The translations under genes were made by a program, and so were the position numbers. Positions 5,859-13,881 of a DNA stretch of 24,000 nucleotides are shown here, in pieces (positions within the stretch are counted from its first letter, which is position 1; each line of letters begins with the position of its first letter). The stretch is taken from assembly GCA_045613025.1 (NCBI GenBank), contig JAZLAE010000013.1, positions 38,486 to 62,485 on the forward strand. The letters run 5' to 3'. The notes beneath the pieces are model-generated. The model had not been told where the DNA came from, searched no databases, and saw nothing but the letters and a program-made list of their open reading frames with translations. This DNA is from Christensenellaceae bacterium. GTDB taxonomy: Bacteria > Bacillota > Clostridia > Christensenellales > Borkfalkiaceae.

Positions 5859-6920
5859 ATGGCAGATAAAGTTTTAATGAAAGGCAATGAAGCAATTGCA
5901 GAAGCGGCTATCATTGCAGGTTGTAGACATTATTTCGGCTATCCTATTACGCCACAAACAGAAATCGCGGCGTATATGGCTAAAAAGATGCCAAAAATCG
6001 GCGGTACTTTCTTACAAGCAGAAAGTGAAGTTGCCGCTATCAATATGGTATACGGTGTAGCGTCAACCGGTTATAGGGTTATGACGTCGTCTTCAAGCCC
6101 TGGTATTTCGTTAAAGGGCGAAGGCTTATCTTACTTAGCGGGTGCTGATTTACCAGCGCTTGTTGTTAACGTACAAAGGGGCGGTCCTGGTCTTGGTGGT
6201 ATTCAACCATCACAATCAGACTATTTCCAAGCAACTAAGGGTGGCGCACACGGTGACTTCCGTATGTTAGTTTTAGCCCCTGCATCAGTTCAAGAAATGG
6301 CAGAACTTACAGTTAAAGGTTTTGACCTTGCCGATAAATACCGTATGACTACTATGATTTTAGCCGACGGTACTATGGGTCAAATGATGGAACCAGTTTC
6401 TTTAGATTTCAAGGTAGAACCTCCTGTTGAAAAACCTTGGGCGGCTACTGGTACTAATATGCAACGTAAGCACAACGTAATCAACTCTCTTTACTTAAAG
6501 CCTGACCAACTTGAAAAAACTAACTTTGAAAGATTTGAACGTTACGAAATTATCAAAGAAAACGAAGTTATGTACGAAGAATACTTAATTGATGACGCTG
6601 AAATCTGCGTTGTTGCATTTGGTATTGCATCAAGGGTTGCTAAAAACGCTATTAACGAAGCAAGAAGCCAAGGCATTAAAGTTGGGTTAATTAGACCTAT
6701 CACACTTTGGCCTTTCCCTGAAAAAATCATTAACAAGGTTGCAGATAAAGTTAAATCGTTTATCTCTGTAGAACTTTCTATGGGTCAAATGATTGAAGAT
6801 ATCCGTTTAGCAGTAAACGGCAAAGCACCTGTTACTTTGTGTAACCGTTCGGGCGGTATGATACCTTCACCTGAACAAGTTTTAGAAGCAATCAAAAACG
6901 CTAACGGAGGTAAAAACTAA
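5859..6920 (+). CDS. 2-oxoacid:ferredoxin oxidoreductase alpha subunit (VorB/KorA-like)
   Basis: The N-terminus LMKGNEAIAEAAIIAGCRHYFGYPITPQTEI is typical of the alpha subunits of this family. The size is about 350 aa, and the gene lies in the order delta-alpha-beta-gamma. Confidence 0.85.
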   Translation: MADKVLMKGNEAIAEAAIIAGCRHYFGYPITPQTEIAAYMAKKMPKIGGTFLQAESEVAAINMVYGVASTGYRVMTSSSSPGISLKGEGLSYLAGADLPALVVNVQRGGPGLGGIQPSQSDYFQATKGGAHGDFRMLVLAPASVQEMAELTVKGFDLADKYRMTTMILADGTMGQMMEPVSLDFKVEPPVEKPWAATGTNMQRKHNVINSLYLKPDQLEKTNFERFERYEIIKENEVMYEEYLIDDAEICVVAFGIASRVAKNAINEARSQGIKVGLIRPITLWPFPEKIINKVADKVKSFISVELSMGQMIEDIRLAVNGKAPVTLCNRSGGMIPSPEQVLEAIKNANGGKN

Positions 6921-7660
6921 TGGTAGTATTCGATAAACCAAAGTCACTTGTTGACGTTCCTTTACATTATTGCCCAGGTTGTACACACGGTATCGTTCAC
7001 CGTTTAGTTGCCGAAGTTATCGACGAACTTGGTATCGAAGGTAAAACTATCGGTATTGCACCCGTTGGTTGTGCGGTTATGGCTTACGATTATTTCGCTT
7101 GCGATATGATTGAAGCAGCGCACGGTAGAGCGCCTGCTGTTGCTACTGGTGTTAAGCGCGCGTTACCTGATAACGTAGTATTCACTTACCAAGGCGACGG
7201 CGACTTAGCGTCAATCGGTATGTCTGAAACAGTTCACTCTGCTGCAAGAAACGAAAACATCACTATTATCTTTATCAACAACGCAATTTACGGTATGACT
7301 GGTGGTCAAATGGCACCTACTTCTCTTCCTGGTCAAGTAACTCAAACTTCACCTTATGGTAGAGATACTAACCTTTGCGGTTTCCCTATCAAAGTTTGCG
7401 AAATGCTTTCACAACTTGACGGCCCTGAATATCTTGAAAGGGTAGCGGTTAACAACGTTAAAAATATCAAAAACGCTAAAAAAGCAATCAAGAAAGCCTT
7501 CCAAAACCAAATTGATAAAAAAGGTTTCTCTCTTGTAGAAGTTGTTTCAAGTTGCCCAACTAACTGGGGCTTAACTCCTGAAAAAGCATTACAATGGATT
7601 GATGAAAAAATGATACCTTACTATCCTTTAGGCGTATACAAGGATAGGTCGGCGAAATAA
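6920..7660 (+). CDS. 2-oxoacid:ferredoxin oxidoreductase beta subunit (TPP-binding)
   Basis: TPP motif GDGDLASIGMSETVHSAARNENITIIFINNAIYGMTGGQ, and an N-terminal CPGC cluster ligand region. The start shares one nucleotide with the upstream stop (TAATG). Confidence 0.85.
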   Translation: MVVFDKPKSLVDVPLHYCPGCTHGIVHRLVAEVIDELGIEGKTIGIAPVGCAVMAYDYFACDMIEAAHGRAPAVATGVKRALPDNVVFTYQGDGDLASIGMSETVHSAARNENITIIFINNAIYGMTGGQMAPTSLPGQVTQTSPYGRDTNLCGFPIKVCEMLSQLDGPEYLERVAVNNVKNIKNAKKAIKKAFQNQIDKKGFSLVEVVSSCPTNWGLTPEKALQWIDEKMIPYYPLGVYKDRSAK

Positions 7661-7673
7661 GGGGGCAATTAAA

Positions 7674-8210
7674 ATGAACGAAAAATATTTATTTGCCGGT
7701 TTCGGCGGTCAAGGTATATTATTCTCTGGTAAAGTTTTAGCGTATAAAGGTCTTACTGATGGCAAAAACGTAAGTTGGCTTCCATCATACGGCCCTGAAA
7801 TGCGTGGTGGTACTGCAAGTTGTAGCGTTATCGTAAGTGATAACCCTATCGGTTCACCTATCGTTTCTAATCCTGAAATTTTAATAGCAATGAACCTTCC
7901 ATCTCTTGATTTATACGAAGATAGAGTAACAAGTGGCGGTATGATTTTCGTTGACTCATCACTTGTTGATAGAAAGGTTAATAGAACTGACGTAAAAGCA
8001 TTTTATATCCCTGCAACAAAACTTGCATCGGATAACGGAATTCCAACCCTTGCAAATATGATTATTATGGGTAAGGTTTTAGCGGAAACTAACGGCTTTA
8101 ACGATGAAAACGGCGTAAGAAACGCTTTAACTAAAGTTATTTCAGCAAAGCGTGCCGATATGTTAGAAGTTAACCTTAACGCTATGAAGTTGGGTAGAGA
8201 CTTCAAATAA
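7674..8210 (+). CDS. 2-oxoacid:ferredoxin oxidoreductase gamma subunit
   Basis: [17 protein letters not shown]...[18 protein letters not shown] is typical of gamma subunits. GGGGG-type RBS. Confidence 0.85.
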   Translation: MNEKYLFAGFGGQGILFSGKVLAYKGLTDGKNVSWLPSYGPEMRGGTASCSVIVSDNPIGSPIVSNPEILIAMNLPSLDLYEDRVTSGGMIFVDSSLVDRKVNRTDVKAFYIPATKLASDNGIPTLANMIIMGKVLAETNGFNDENGVRNALTKVISAKRADMLEVNLNAMKLGRDFK

Positions 8211-8241
8211 GATTACGCTTTTGATTTAAAGGAGAATTATT

Positions 8242-9306
8242 ATGGAAATTAAAATCACTAAAACTACAAGTCCTGCGGTTAAACCAGACAGTAGTATTTT
8301 AGGTTTCGGTAAATACTTTACCGACCATATGTTTATAATGGATTATTCGGCTGACAAAGGTTGGCACGATGCAAGAATAGTACCGTTTGGTAGAATTGAT
8401 ATTCACCCAGCATCAACAGTACTTCACTACGGCTCTGAAATCTTTGAAGGTTTAAAAGCATATAGAACAAAAGATGGTAGCGTACAACTTTTCCGTCCGC
8501 TTGAAAACATTAGAAGAATGAACCGCTCAGCAGAACGTATGTGTTTACCTGAAATCCCTGAAGATATGGCACTTGAAGCGTTAACTACCTTTATCAAAAT
8601 GGAACAAGACTGGGTTCCATCTGCACCAGGTACTTCACTTTATATCCGTCCGTTTATGTTCGGTAACGATGAAACTTTAGGTGTTCACGCCGTTAAAAAC
8701 GCTAAATTTGTTATTATAACTTCACCTGTTGGTAGTTATTATAAAGAAGGCATTAACCCTGTTAAAATTATGATTGAATCTGAAGACGTACGTGCCGTTC
8801 GCGGTGGTACGGGCGAAGCAAAATGCGGTGGTAACTACGCTGCAAGTAATAGGGCAGGCGAAAGGGCAGAAAAGAAAGGTTACTCTCAAGTATTATGGCT
8901 TGACGGTGTTGAAAGAAAATACATCGAAGAAGTTGGCGCAATGAACGTTATGTTCAAAATCGCAGGCGAAATCGTTACGCCTAAACTTGCAGGTTCAATT
9001 CTTCCAGGTATTACAAGAAAATCTATCCTTGAACTTTTACAAAAAGAAGGTTATAAGGTTTCTGAAAGACTTATCTCTGTTGATGAACTTGCCGAAGCAA
9101 TGAAAAACGGCACGCTTGAAGAAGCATGGGGTTGCGGTACTGCAGCCGTTGTTTCACCTATCGGTGAACTTTGCTATCAAGACGTTAAATACTCTATCAA
9201 CAACGGTAAAATCGGCGAAGTTACTCAACACTTATACGATACTTTAACAGGTATTCAATGGGGTAATAAGGAAGATGTATTTAATTGGGTTTACCCAATT
9301 AAATAA
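8242..9306 (+). CDS. ilvE: Branched-chain amino acid aminotransferase (fold type IV)
   Basis: About 354 aa, with family-typical segments YGSEIFEGLKAYR, LYIRPFMFG, EAKCGGNYAAS, GITRKSILEL, GTAAVVSPI. AAAGGAG RBS. Confidence 0.85.
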   Translation: MEIKITKTTSPAVKPDSSILGFGKYFTDHMFIMDYSADKGWHDARIVPFGRIDIHPASTVLHYGSEIFEGLKAYRTKDGSVQLFRPLENIRRMNRSAERMCLPEIPEDMALEALTTFIKMEQDWVPSAPGTSLYIRPFMFGNDETLGVHAVKNAKFVIITSPVGSYYKEGINPVKIMIESEDVRAVRGGTGEAKCGGNYAASNRAGERAEKKGYSQVLWLDGVERKYIEEVGAMNVMFKIAGEIVTPKLAGSILPGITRKSILELLQKEGYKVSERLISVDELAEAMKNGTLEEAWGCGTAAVVSPIGELCYQDVKYSINNGKIGEVTQHLYDTLTGIQWGNKEDVFNWVYPIK

Positions 9307-9440
9307 GCCGTTATTTGCTGCGTCTATCTGCGTTTCTGCAAAGTGGTTTTGATTTCAATGACCAACAAGGTCTATTTCATCCAAAACCATTTGCGAGCCT
9401 TGATATACTTGCAACTAACGCCTTATTACGTACTTAATTT
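9307..9440 (+). repeat. Structured intergenic repeat, copy E
   Basis: Starts right after the ilvE stop: CTGCGTTTCTG, outer stem GCAAA(G)TGGTTTT (9338-9350)/AAAACCATTTGC (9383-9394), GACC-AACAA-GGTC core, then CGAGCCTTG... The mid stem is partly decayed. Confidence 0.65.
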
Positions 9441-9452
9441 AACTTTTAAAAA

Positions 9453-9479
9453 GGCAGGTTTACTTAACCTGTCTTTTTT
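9453..9479 (+). terminator. Intrinsic terminator
   Basis: GGCAGGTT-TACTT-AACCTGTC followed by TTTTTT. Confidence 0.8.
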
Positions 9480-9521
9480 CTACACTTTTAAATCCGCACA
9501 ATATTAAACTTAATAAAATTT

Positions 9522-9552
9522 AAGGCAGGTTGTTTTAAGACCTGCCTTTTTC
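9522..9552 (+). terminator. Intrinsic terminator (second; related sequence)
   Basis: AAGGCAGGT-TGTTTTAAG-ACCTGCCTT followed by TTTTT. Confidence 0.8.
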
Positions 9553-9554
9553 TT

Positions 9555-9600
9555 GAGCCTTGCCTAACTTGTAACTAACGCCTTATTACGTAAATTTAAT
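9555..9600 (+). repeat. Structured-repeat tail fragment, copy F
   Basis: GAGCCTTGCCTAACTTGTAACTAACGCCTTATTACGTA duplicates 9395-9432. It has only the tail and no hairpin. Confidence 0.6.
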
Positions 9601-9616
9601 AAGCAAATATTTATTT

Positions 9617-9653
9617 TAGCGTATCAGCATAACGTTGATACGCTATTATTTTT
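9617..9653 (+). terminator. Hairpin with U-rich tail (third terminator-like element)
   Basis: TAGCGTATCA (9617-9626), loop GCATAACGT, TGATACGCTA (9636-9645), then TTATTTTT. Confidence 0.6.
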
Positions 9654-9684
9654 AATAAAAAATAAACAATTTAACCTTTTTTAT

Positions 9685-9713
9685 TTGACAAAGTTATAAA
9701 ATAGTGTTAATAT
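9685..9713 (+). promoter_or_regulatory. Sigma-A type promoter with extended -10
   Basis: TTGACA (9685-9690), 17-nt spacer, TGt (9705-9707), TAATAT (9708-9713). Same architecture as the promoter at 1793. Confidence 0.7.
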
Positions 9714-9726
9714 ACTTAAAAATAAA

Positions 9727-9989
9727 CGCGATGAAGCGAAATAGTAAGTAAATTTTCTTGCTTTTAGAGAGATGCTGGTTGGTGCAAGGCGTTAGAAGAA
9801 TTTTACCGAACTCGTCGCAGAGCGGTTGCCGTGAAAGGTTAGTAGTGGCAAACGGGAACTCCCGTAAAAGAGTTAGGTGTGTTTGCACCAAAGTGCGCTT
9901 TCTTAAGCGAATAAGAGTGGTACCGCGGAAATAGTTTATCCTAAACGTTTTCGTCTCTTTAAGAAGTAAGGAGACAAAAGCGTTTTTTT
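9727..9989 (+). promoter_or_regulatory. T-box leader, specifier CUC (Leu)
   Basis: GA motif GCGAUGAAGCGAA (9728-9740); AG bay AGAGAG (9766-9771); distal loop GGUUGGUGCAA (9777-9787). The specifier loop 3' side is GAA-CUC-G (9808-9814), directly 5' of UCGC (9815-9818), which pairs with GCGA (9736-9739). The T-box sequence is AAUAAGAGUGGUACCGCGG (9911-9929), followed by a terminator. The UGGU bulge is compatible with A73 of tRNA-Leu. Confidence 0.88.
9946..9989 (+). terminator. Intrinsic terminator of the T-box 2 expression platform
   Basis: CGTTTTCGTCTC (9946-9957) pairs with GAGACAAAAGCG (9971-9982), followed by TTTTTTT (9983-9989). CGGAAA (9925-9930) can pair with TTTTCG (9948-9953) as the antiterminator. 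Confidence 0.8.
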
Positions 9990-10023
9990 ATTTCTATTAC
10001 CACAAAATTAAAGGAGATTTATT

Positions 10024-11409
10024 ATGAAAAAAATCGATATTATTGACGTTACGCTTAAAAAACTCTCAGAAGAACGCGAAGTTGCGCTTTTATTCCGTGA
10101 AAAATCTGCTATTGCTACAAAAGCCGATTTATTAGGTGCTGACGTTATTGAACTTCCTGCAGTTAAAAACTTCCGTGAAGATGCAATTATCTATAAAACT
10201 ATTTCTCAAAACGTTCAAAACGCTATTTTAACAATCCCTGTTGGCTTTGATAAAGAAAGCGTTGCTAACGCTTGGGAATGTGTTAAATTTGCTAAAAAAC
10301 CACGCTTACAAATCGAACTTCCAGTGTCTACTATTCAAATGGAATATACTTACCACGTTAAGCAAGAAAAAATGCTTGATAAAATTGTTGCGCTTATTAA
10401 AGAAGCAAAAAATTATTGTGAAGACGTAGAGTTTTCTGCGCTTGATGCAACAAGGGCTGACGTTAATTTCTTATTAACTGCAGTTAAAACTGCTGAAGAA
10501 AACGGCGCTACCGTTATTAACGTTTGTGATAACGCGGGCAACTCAACCCCTGAAGAAATCGCTTCGCTTGTTGAAAAAATTAAAGGCGTTGTTTCTATTC
10601 CACTTTACGTTCAAGTATCTAATCGCGTATTTATGGGCGTTGCTTCGGCTTTTTCTGCTATCACTAAAGGCGCAGACGGTTTAAAATGCGCTATTGATGG
10701 TAAAGACGTTCTTATTACTGGCGAAATTTGTGATGCCGTTTCAGTTTGCGGTGCAACTATCGGTGCAAAAATCAATCTTAACACTACTAAAATTCACGCA
10801 AGCATCGAAGATGTCCTTTCTAAAATCAATCATAAAGACTTATCCGCTACAAGCATAAGTGATAAAAACAAAATTTTACTTGACAGCGACGCTACTTTAA
10901 AAGACGTATTAACTTCTGCTACCGCACTTGGCTATGACCTTACTGAGTCTGATGCGGGTAAAGTATTTAATGCGCTTGTTAAGGTTTGTGAGAAAAAAGG
11001 TGCTATCGGTTCAAAGGAATTTGAAGCGCTTATTGCAAGTAACGCAATGCAAGCACCATCTACTTACCACTTTGAAACTTACACAACAACAAGCAGTAAC
11101 GTTTCAACTTCTATGTCGCAAGTAACTTTAAAAAGAAACGGAGAAATCATCTCTGGCGTTAGTTCGGGCGACGGTCCTATCGACTCTGTTTTCCGTGCTA
11201 TAGAACAATGTATCGGTCACCACTACGAACTTGATGATTACCAAGTTCAATCGGTAACCGAAGGTAAAGAAGCGTTAGGTTCAGCGCTTGTAAGACTTCG
11301 CAACAACGGCAAACTTTATTCTGGTAACGGTACTTCAACCGATATCGTTGGTGCAAGTATTAGGGCGTATATTAACGCGCTTAATAAAATCGTAGCCGAG
11401 GAGGCGTAA
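10024..11409 (+). CDS. LeuA/HMGL-like protein with degenerate catalytic motifs and an intact LeuA C-terminal regulatory (dimerisation) domain
   Basis: AAGGAGA RBS. The fold-level resemblance to 2-isopropylmalate synthase is clear: IDIIDVTL..., VEFSALDATR, INVCDNAGNSTPEE, KGADGLKCAIDG. The C-terminal part, GDGPIDSVFRAIEQ...YQVQSVTEGKEALGSALVRL...GNGTSTDIVGASIRAYINALNKI, is a typical LeuA_dimer domain. However, DTTLRDGEQ is replaced by DVTLKKLSE, the HxH metal site by QVS, and no HESGIHQDG-like motif is seen. Confidence 0.75.
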   Translation: MKKIDIIDVTLKKLSEEREVALLFREKSAIATKADLLGADVIELPAVKNFREDAIIYKTISQNVQNAILTIPVGFDKESVANAWECVKFAKKPRLQIELPVSTIQMEYTYHVKQEKMLDKIVALIKEAKNYCEDVEFSALDATRADVNFLLTAVKTAEENGATVINVCDNAGNSTPEEIASLVEKIKGVVSIPLYVQVSNRVFMGVASAFSAITKGADGLKCAIDGKDVLITGEICDAVSVCGATIGAKINLNTTKIHASIEDVLSKINHKDLSATSISDKNKILLDSDATLKDVLTSATALGYDLTESDAGKVFNALVKVCEKKGAIGSKEFEALIASNAMQAPSTYHFETYTTTSSNVSTSMSQVTLKRNGEIISGVSSGDGPIDSVFRAIEQCIGHHYELDDYQVQSVTEGKEALGSALVRLRNNGKLYSGNGTSTDIVGASIRAYINALNKIVAEEA

Positions 11410-11410
11410 T

Positions 11411-13873
11411 ATGAAAATAGTATTTTCAACCAAAAACGTAATAAGGGCGTCATTTTTAGATGCTTGTGCTTACGCTTACGATTACGGTTTTGAAGGCTTT
11501 GAAATATACGATGCGGTAAAAGAAAGAATCGACCATTACGACAGTATTTTAAGGCGTGATAAAGTTGCCGATAGCAAGCGAAAACTTGTAAACAGGGGTC
11601 TTTCTGTTTCGGCACTTCGTATGCCTGACGTTATCGAAAGTCAAAACGTTACTAAAGAATTAGTAGAAAAATACGTTGAAATGGCAAGTTTAGCGGGTGT
11701 TTCAAACGTTATCGTTAGCATAAATGATAAAGTTTCGTTTGATATTTTAAACGAAAAACTTACCCCTGCAGTAAAACTTGCTGAAAGGTTAGACGTAAAT
11801 ATCTTATTTGAAACTATAGGTTACCTTTCTAATACTGAAAACGTTATAGAAATTATCAACTATTTCTCATCGGCGGTAATAGGTGCTTCTTGGAACGTAA
11901 GGGGTACTTACTTCGGCGCAAAAGAATCGGCAGAGTCTACCATTAAAACGCTTGGCGCGTATATCAAATACGTGCGCCTTGGCGATATGAAAGGTGATAA
12001 AACCGTGCTTATCGGCGAAGGTGATTTAGACGTAGAAAAACTTTTAAACGCACTTTCTTCACTCAACTACGACGGCTTTATTTGTTGTGCTTGGAACGAA
12101 GAAATTAACGATGCCGATATAGTACTCACTCACTTTGCAAACTACGTTTCTTCGCTTAACCGCGATAAGAAAACTAATACCGAAAAATATTACAATAGGG
12201 ATAAATCGGGTTCTTTCGTATGGAAAAAATACGACGTTATCGATGCAACTTTCTCACAAGTTTTAGATACGATGGTAGAAAACTATCCCGACCAATACGC
12301 TTTTAAATACCCTACTTTAGACTATACGCGCACTTACGAACAATTCCGTCGCGACGTTGACGAATGCGCCGCAGCGCTTATTTCTCTTGGCGTAAAAGCG
12401 GGCGACCACGTTGCCGTTTGGGCAACTAACGTGCCTGAGTGGTTTATTACTTTCTGGGCAACTACTAAAATCGGTGCGGTACTTGTTACAGTTAACACGG
12501 CTTATAAAATTCACGAAATCGAATACTTACTTAAACAATCGGATACTCACACCCTTGTTATGATTGAGTATTGCAAAGATATCAACTATAAAGAAATTAT
12601 CGAAGAACTTTGCCCTGAACTTAAAACTTTGGAAGCGGGCAAACCTTTATATTCTAAATCGTTACCGTTCCTTAGAAACGTTGTAACCGTTGGCTTTAAT
12701 ATGGACGGCTGTTTAACTTGGGAACAAATGTTATCGCGTTCTTCACTTATTCCTATTGAAGAAGTAAGGCGTCGTGCATCACTTGTTAAACCGGACGACG
12801 TTTGCAATATGCAATACACTTCAGGTACAACGGGTTTCCCTAAAGGCGTTATGCTTACACACCGCAATATCGTAAACAACGGTAAAACTATCGGTGACAG
12901 AATGGATTTATCTACTGCCGACCGTATGATGATTCAAGTACCTATGTTCCACTGTTTTGGTATGGTGCTTTCAATGACTTCTATGATGACTCACGGTGGT
13001 ACGCTTTGTCCTATTCCGTACTTCTCACCAAAATCATCACTTGCTTGCGTAAACGATGAAAGAATCACTTGCTTTAACGGTGTTCCTACAATGTTTATTG
13101 CAATGTTCAACCACCCTGATTTTTCTAAAACTGACTTTAGTTATATGCGTACGGGTATTATGGCGGGTGCTAACTGTCCTGCCGACTTAATGCGCCGTGC
13201 ATCAGTTGAAATGAACATGCGCGAAATCATTTCAGTTTACGGTCAAACGGAAGCCGCACCTGGCTGTACAATGGGCGAAGTTAATGAAGACTTAGACCAT
13301 AGGGTAGAAACTGTAGGTAGTGCTTTCCCTGGTGTTGAATGTAAGATAATCGACCCTGAAACAGGTAAAGAACTCCCTGACGGCGAAAGCGGTGAATTCG
13401 TTGCGCGTGGCTTTAATATTATGAAAGGCTACTACAAAATGCCTGAAGCAACTGCACAAGCCATTGATAAAGACGGTTGGCTTCACTCTGGCGATATTTG
13501 TATGAGAACGCCTGACGGTTACTATAAAGTAACTGGTAGGCTTAAAGATATGATTATCCGTGGTGGCGAAAACCTTTATCCGCGTGAAATTGAAGAATTC
13601 TATTTAACTAACCCAAAAGTTAGGGATATTCAAGTAGTTGGCGTGCCTGATGAAAGATACGGCGAAGAATGTTGCGCTTGGATTATTCTTCATAAAGGCG
13701 AAACTGCCGATGAAAACGAAATGCGCGAATACGGTAACGCGTCTATTGCAAGGCATAAAGTTCCAAGATATTTCGTGTTCGTTAATGAATTCCCTATGAA
13801 CGCTGCGGGCAAAATTTTAAAATACAAAATGCGTGAAAGTTCTATTGAAATGTTAGGACTTAAAAAGGCTTAA
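11411..13873 (+). CDS. Fusion protein: xylose-isomerase-like (AP endonuclease 2 family) TIM barrel + FadD-type AMP-forming acyl-CoA ligase
   Basis: A GAGGAGG RBS lies inside the end of the upstream gene, and the ATG is 1 nt after its stop. The N-terminal ~250 aa has TIM-barrel family segments (GFEGFEIYD, LAGVSNVIV, LAERLDVNILFETIG, YIKYVRLGD). From about residue 270 it is a complete adenylate-forming ligase (MQYTSGTTGFPKGVMLTH, YGQTEA, GWLHSGDICMRTPDGYYKVTGRLKDMIIRGGENLYPREIEE, NAAGKILK). Confidence 0.8.
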   Translation: MKIVFSTKNVIRASFLDACAYAYDYGFEGFEIYDAVKERIDHYDSILRRDKVADSKRKLVNRGLSVSALRMPDVIESQNVTKELVEKYVEMASLAGVSNVIVSINDKVSFDILNEKLTPAVKLAERLDVNILFETIGYLSNTENVIEIINYFSSAVIGASWNVRGTYFGAKESAESTIKTLGAYIKYVRLGDMKGDKTVLIGEGDLDVEKLLNALSSLNYDGFICCAWNEEINDADIVLTHFANYVSSLNRDKKTNTEKYYNRDKSGSFVWKKYDVIDATFSQVLDTMVENYPDQYAFKYPTLDYTRTYEQFRRDVDECAAALISLGVKAGDHVAVWATNVPEWFITFWATTKIGAVLVTVNTAYKIHEIEYLLKQSDTHTLVMIEYCKDINYKEIIEELCPELKTLEAGKPLYSKSLPFLRNVVTVGFNMDGCLTWEQMLSRSSLIPIEEVRRRASLVKPDDVCNMQYTSGTTGFPKGVMLTHRNIVNNGKTIGDRMDLSTADRMMIQVPMFHCFGMVLSMTSMMTHGGTLCPIPYFSPKSSLACVNDERITCFNGVPTMFIAMFNHPDFSKTDFSYMRTGIMAGANCPADLMRRASVEMNMREIISVYGQTEAAPGCTMGEVNEDLDHRVETVGSAFPGVECKIIDPETGKELPDGESGEFVARGFNIMKGYYKMPEATAQAIDKDGWLHSGDICMRTPDGYYKVTGRLKDMIIRGGENLYPREIEEFYLTNPKVRDIQVVGVPDERYGEECCAWIILHKGETADENEMREYGNASIARHKVPRYFVFVNEFPMNAAGKILKYKMRESSIEMLGLKKA

Positions 13874-13881
13874 AGGTTAAA

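Noticed and set aside
9694-9891. 65-aa minus-strand ORF.
   Set aside because: It lies antisense to the Leu T-box leader and its promoter. The conserved T-box elements fully explain the region.
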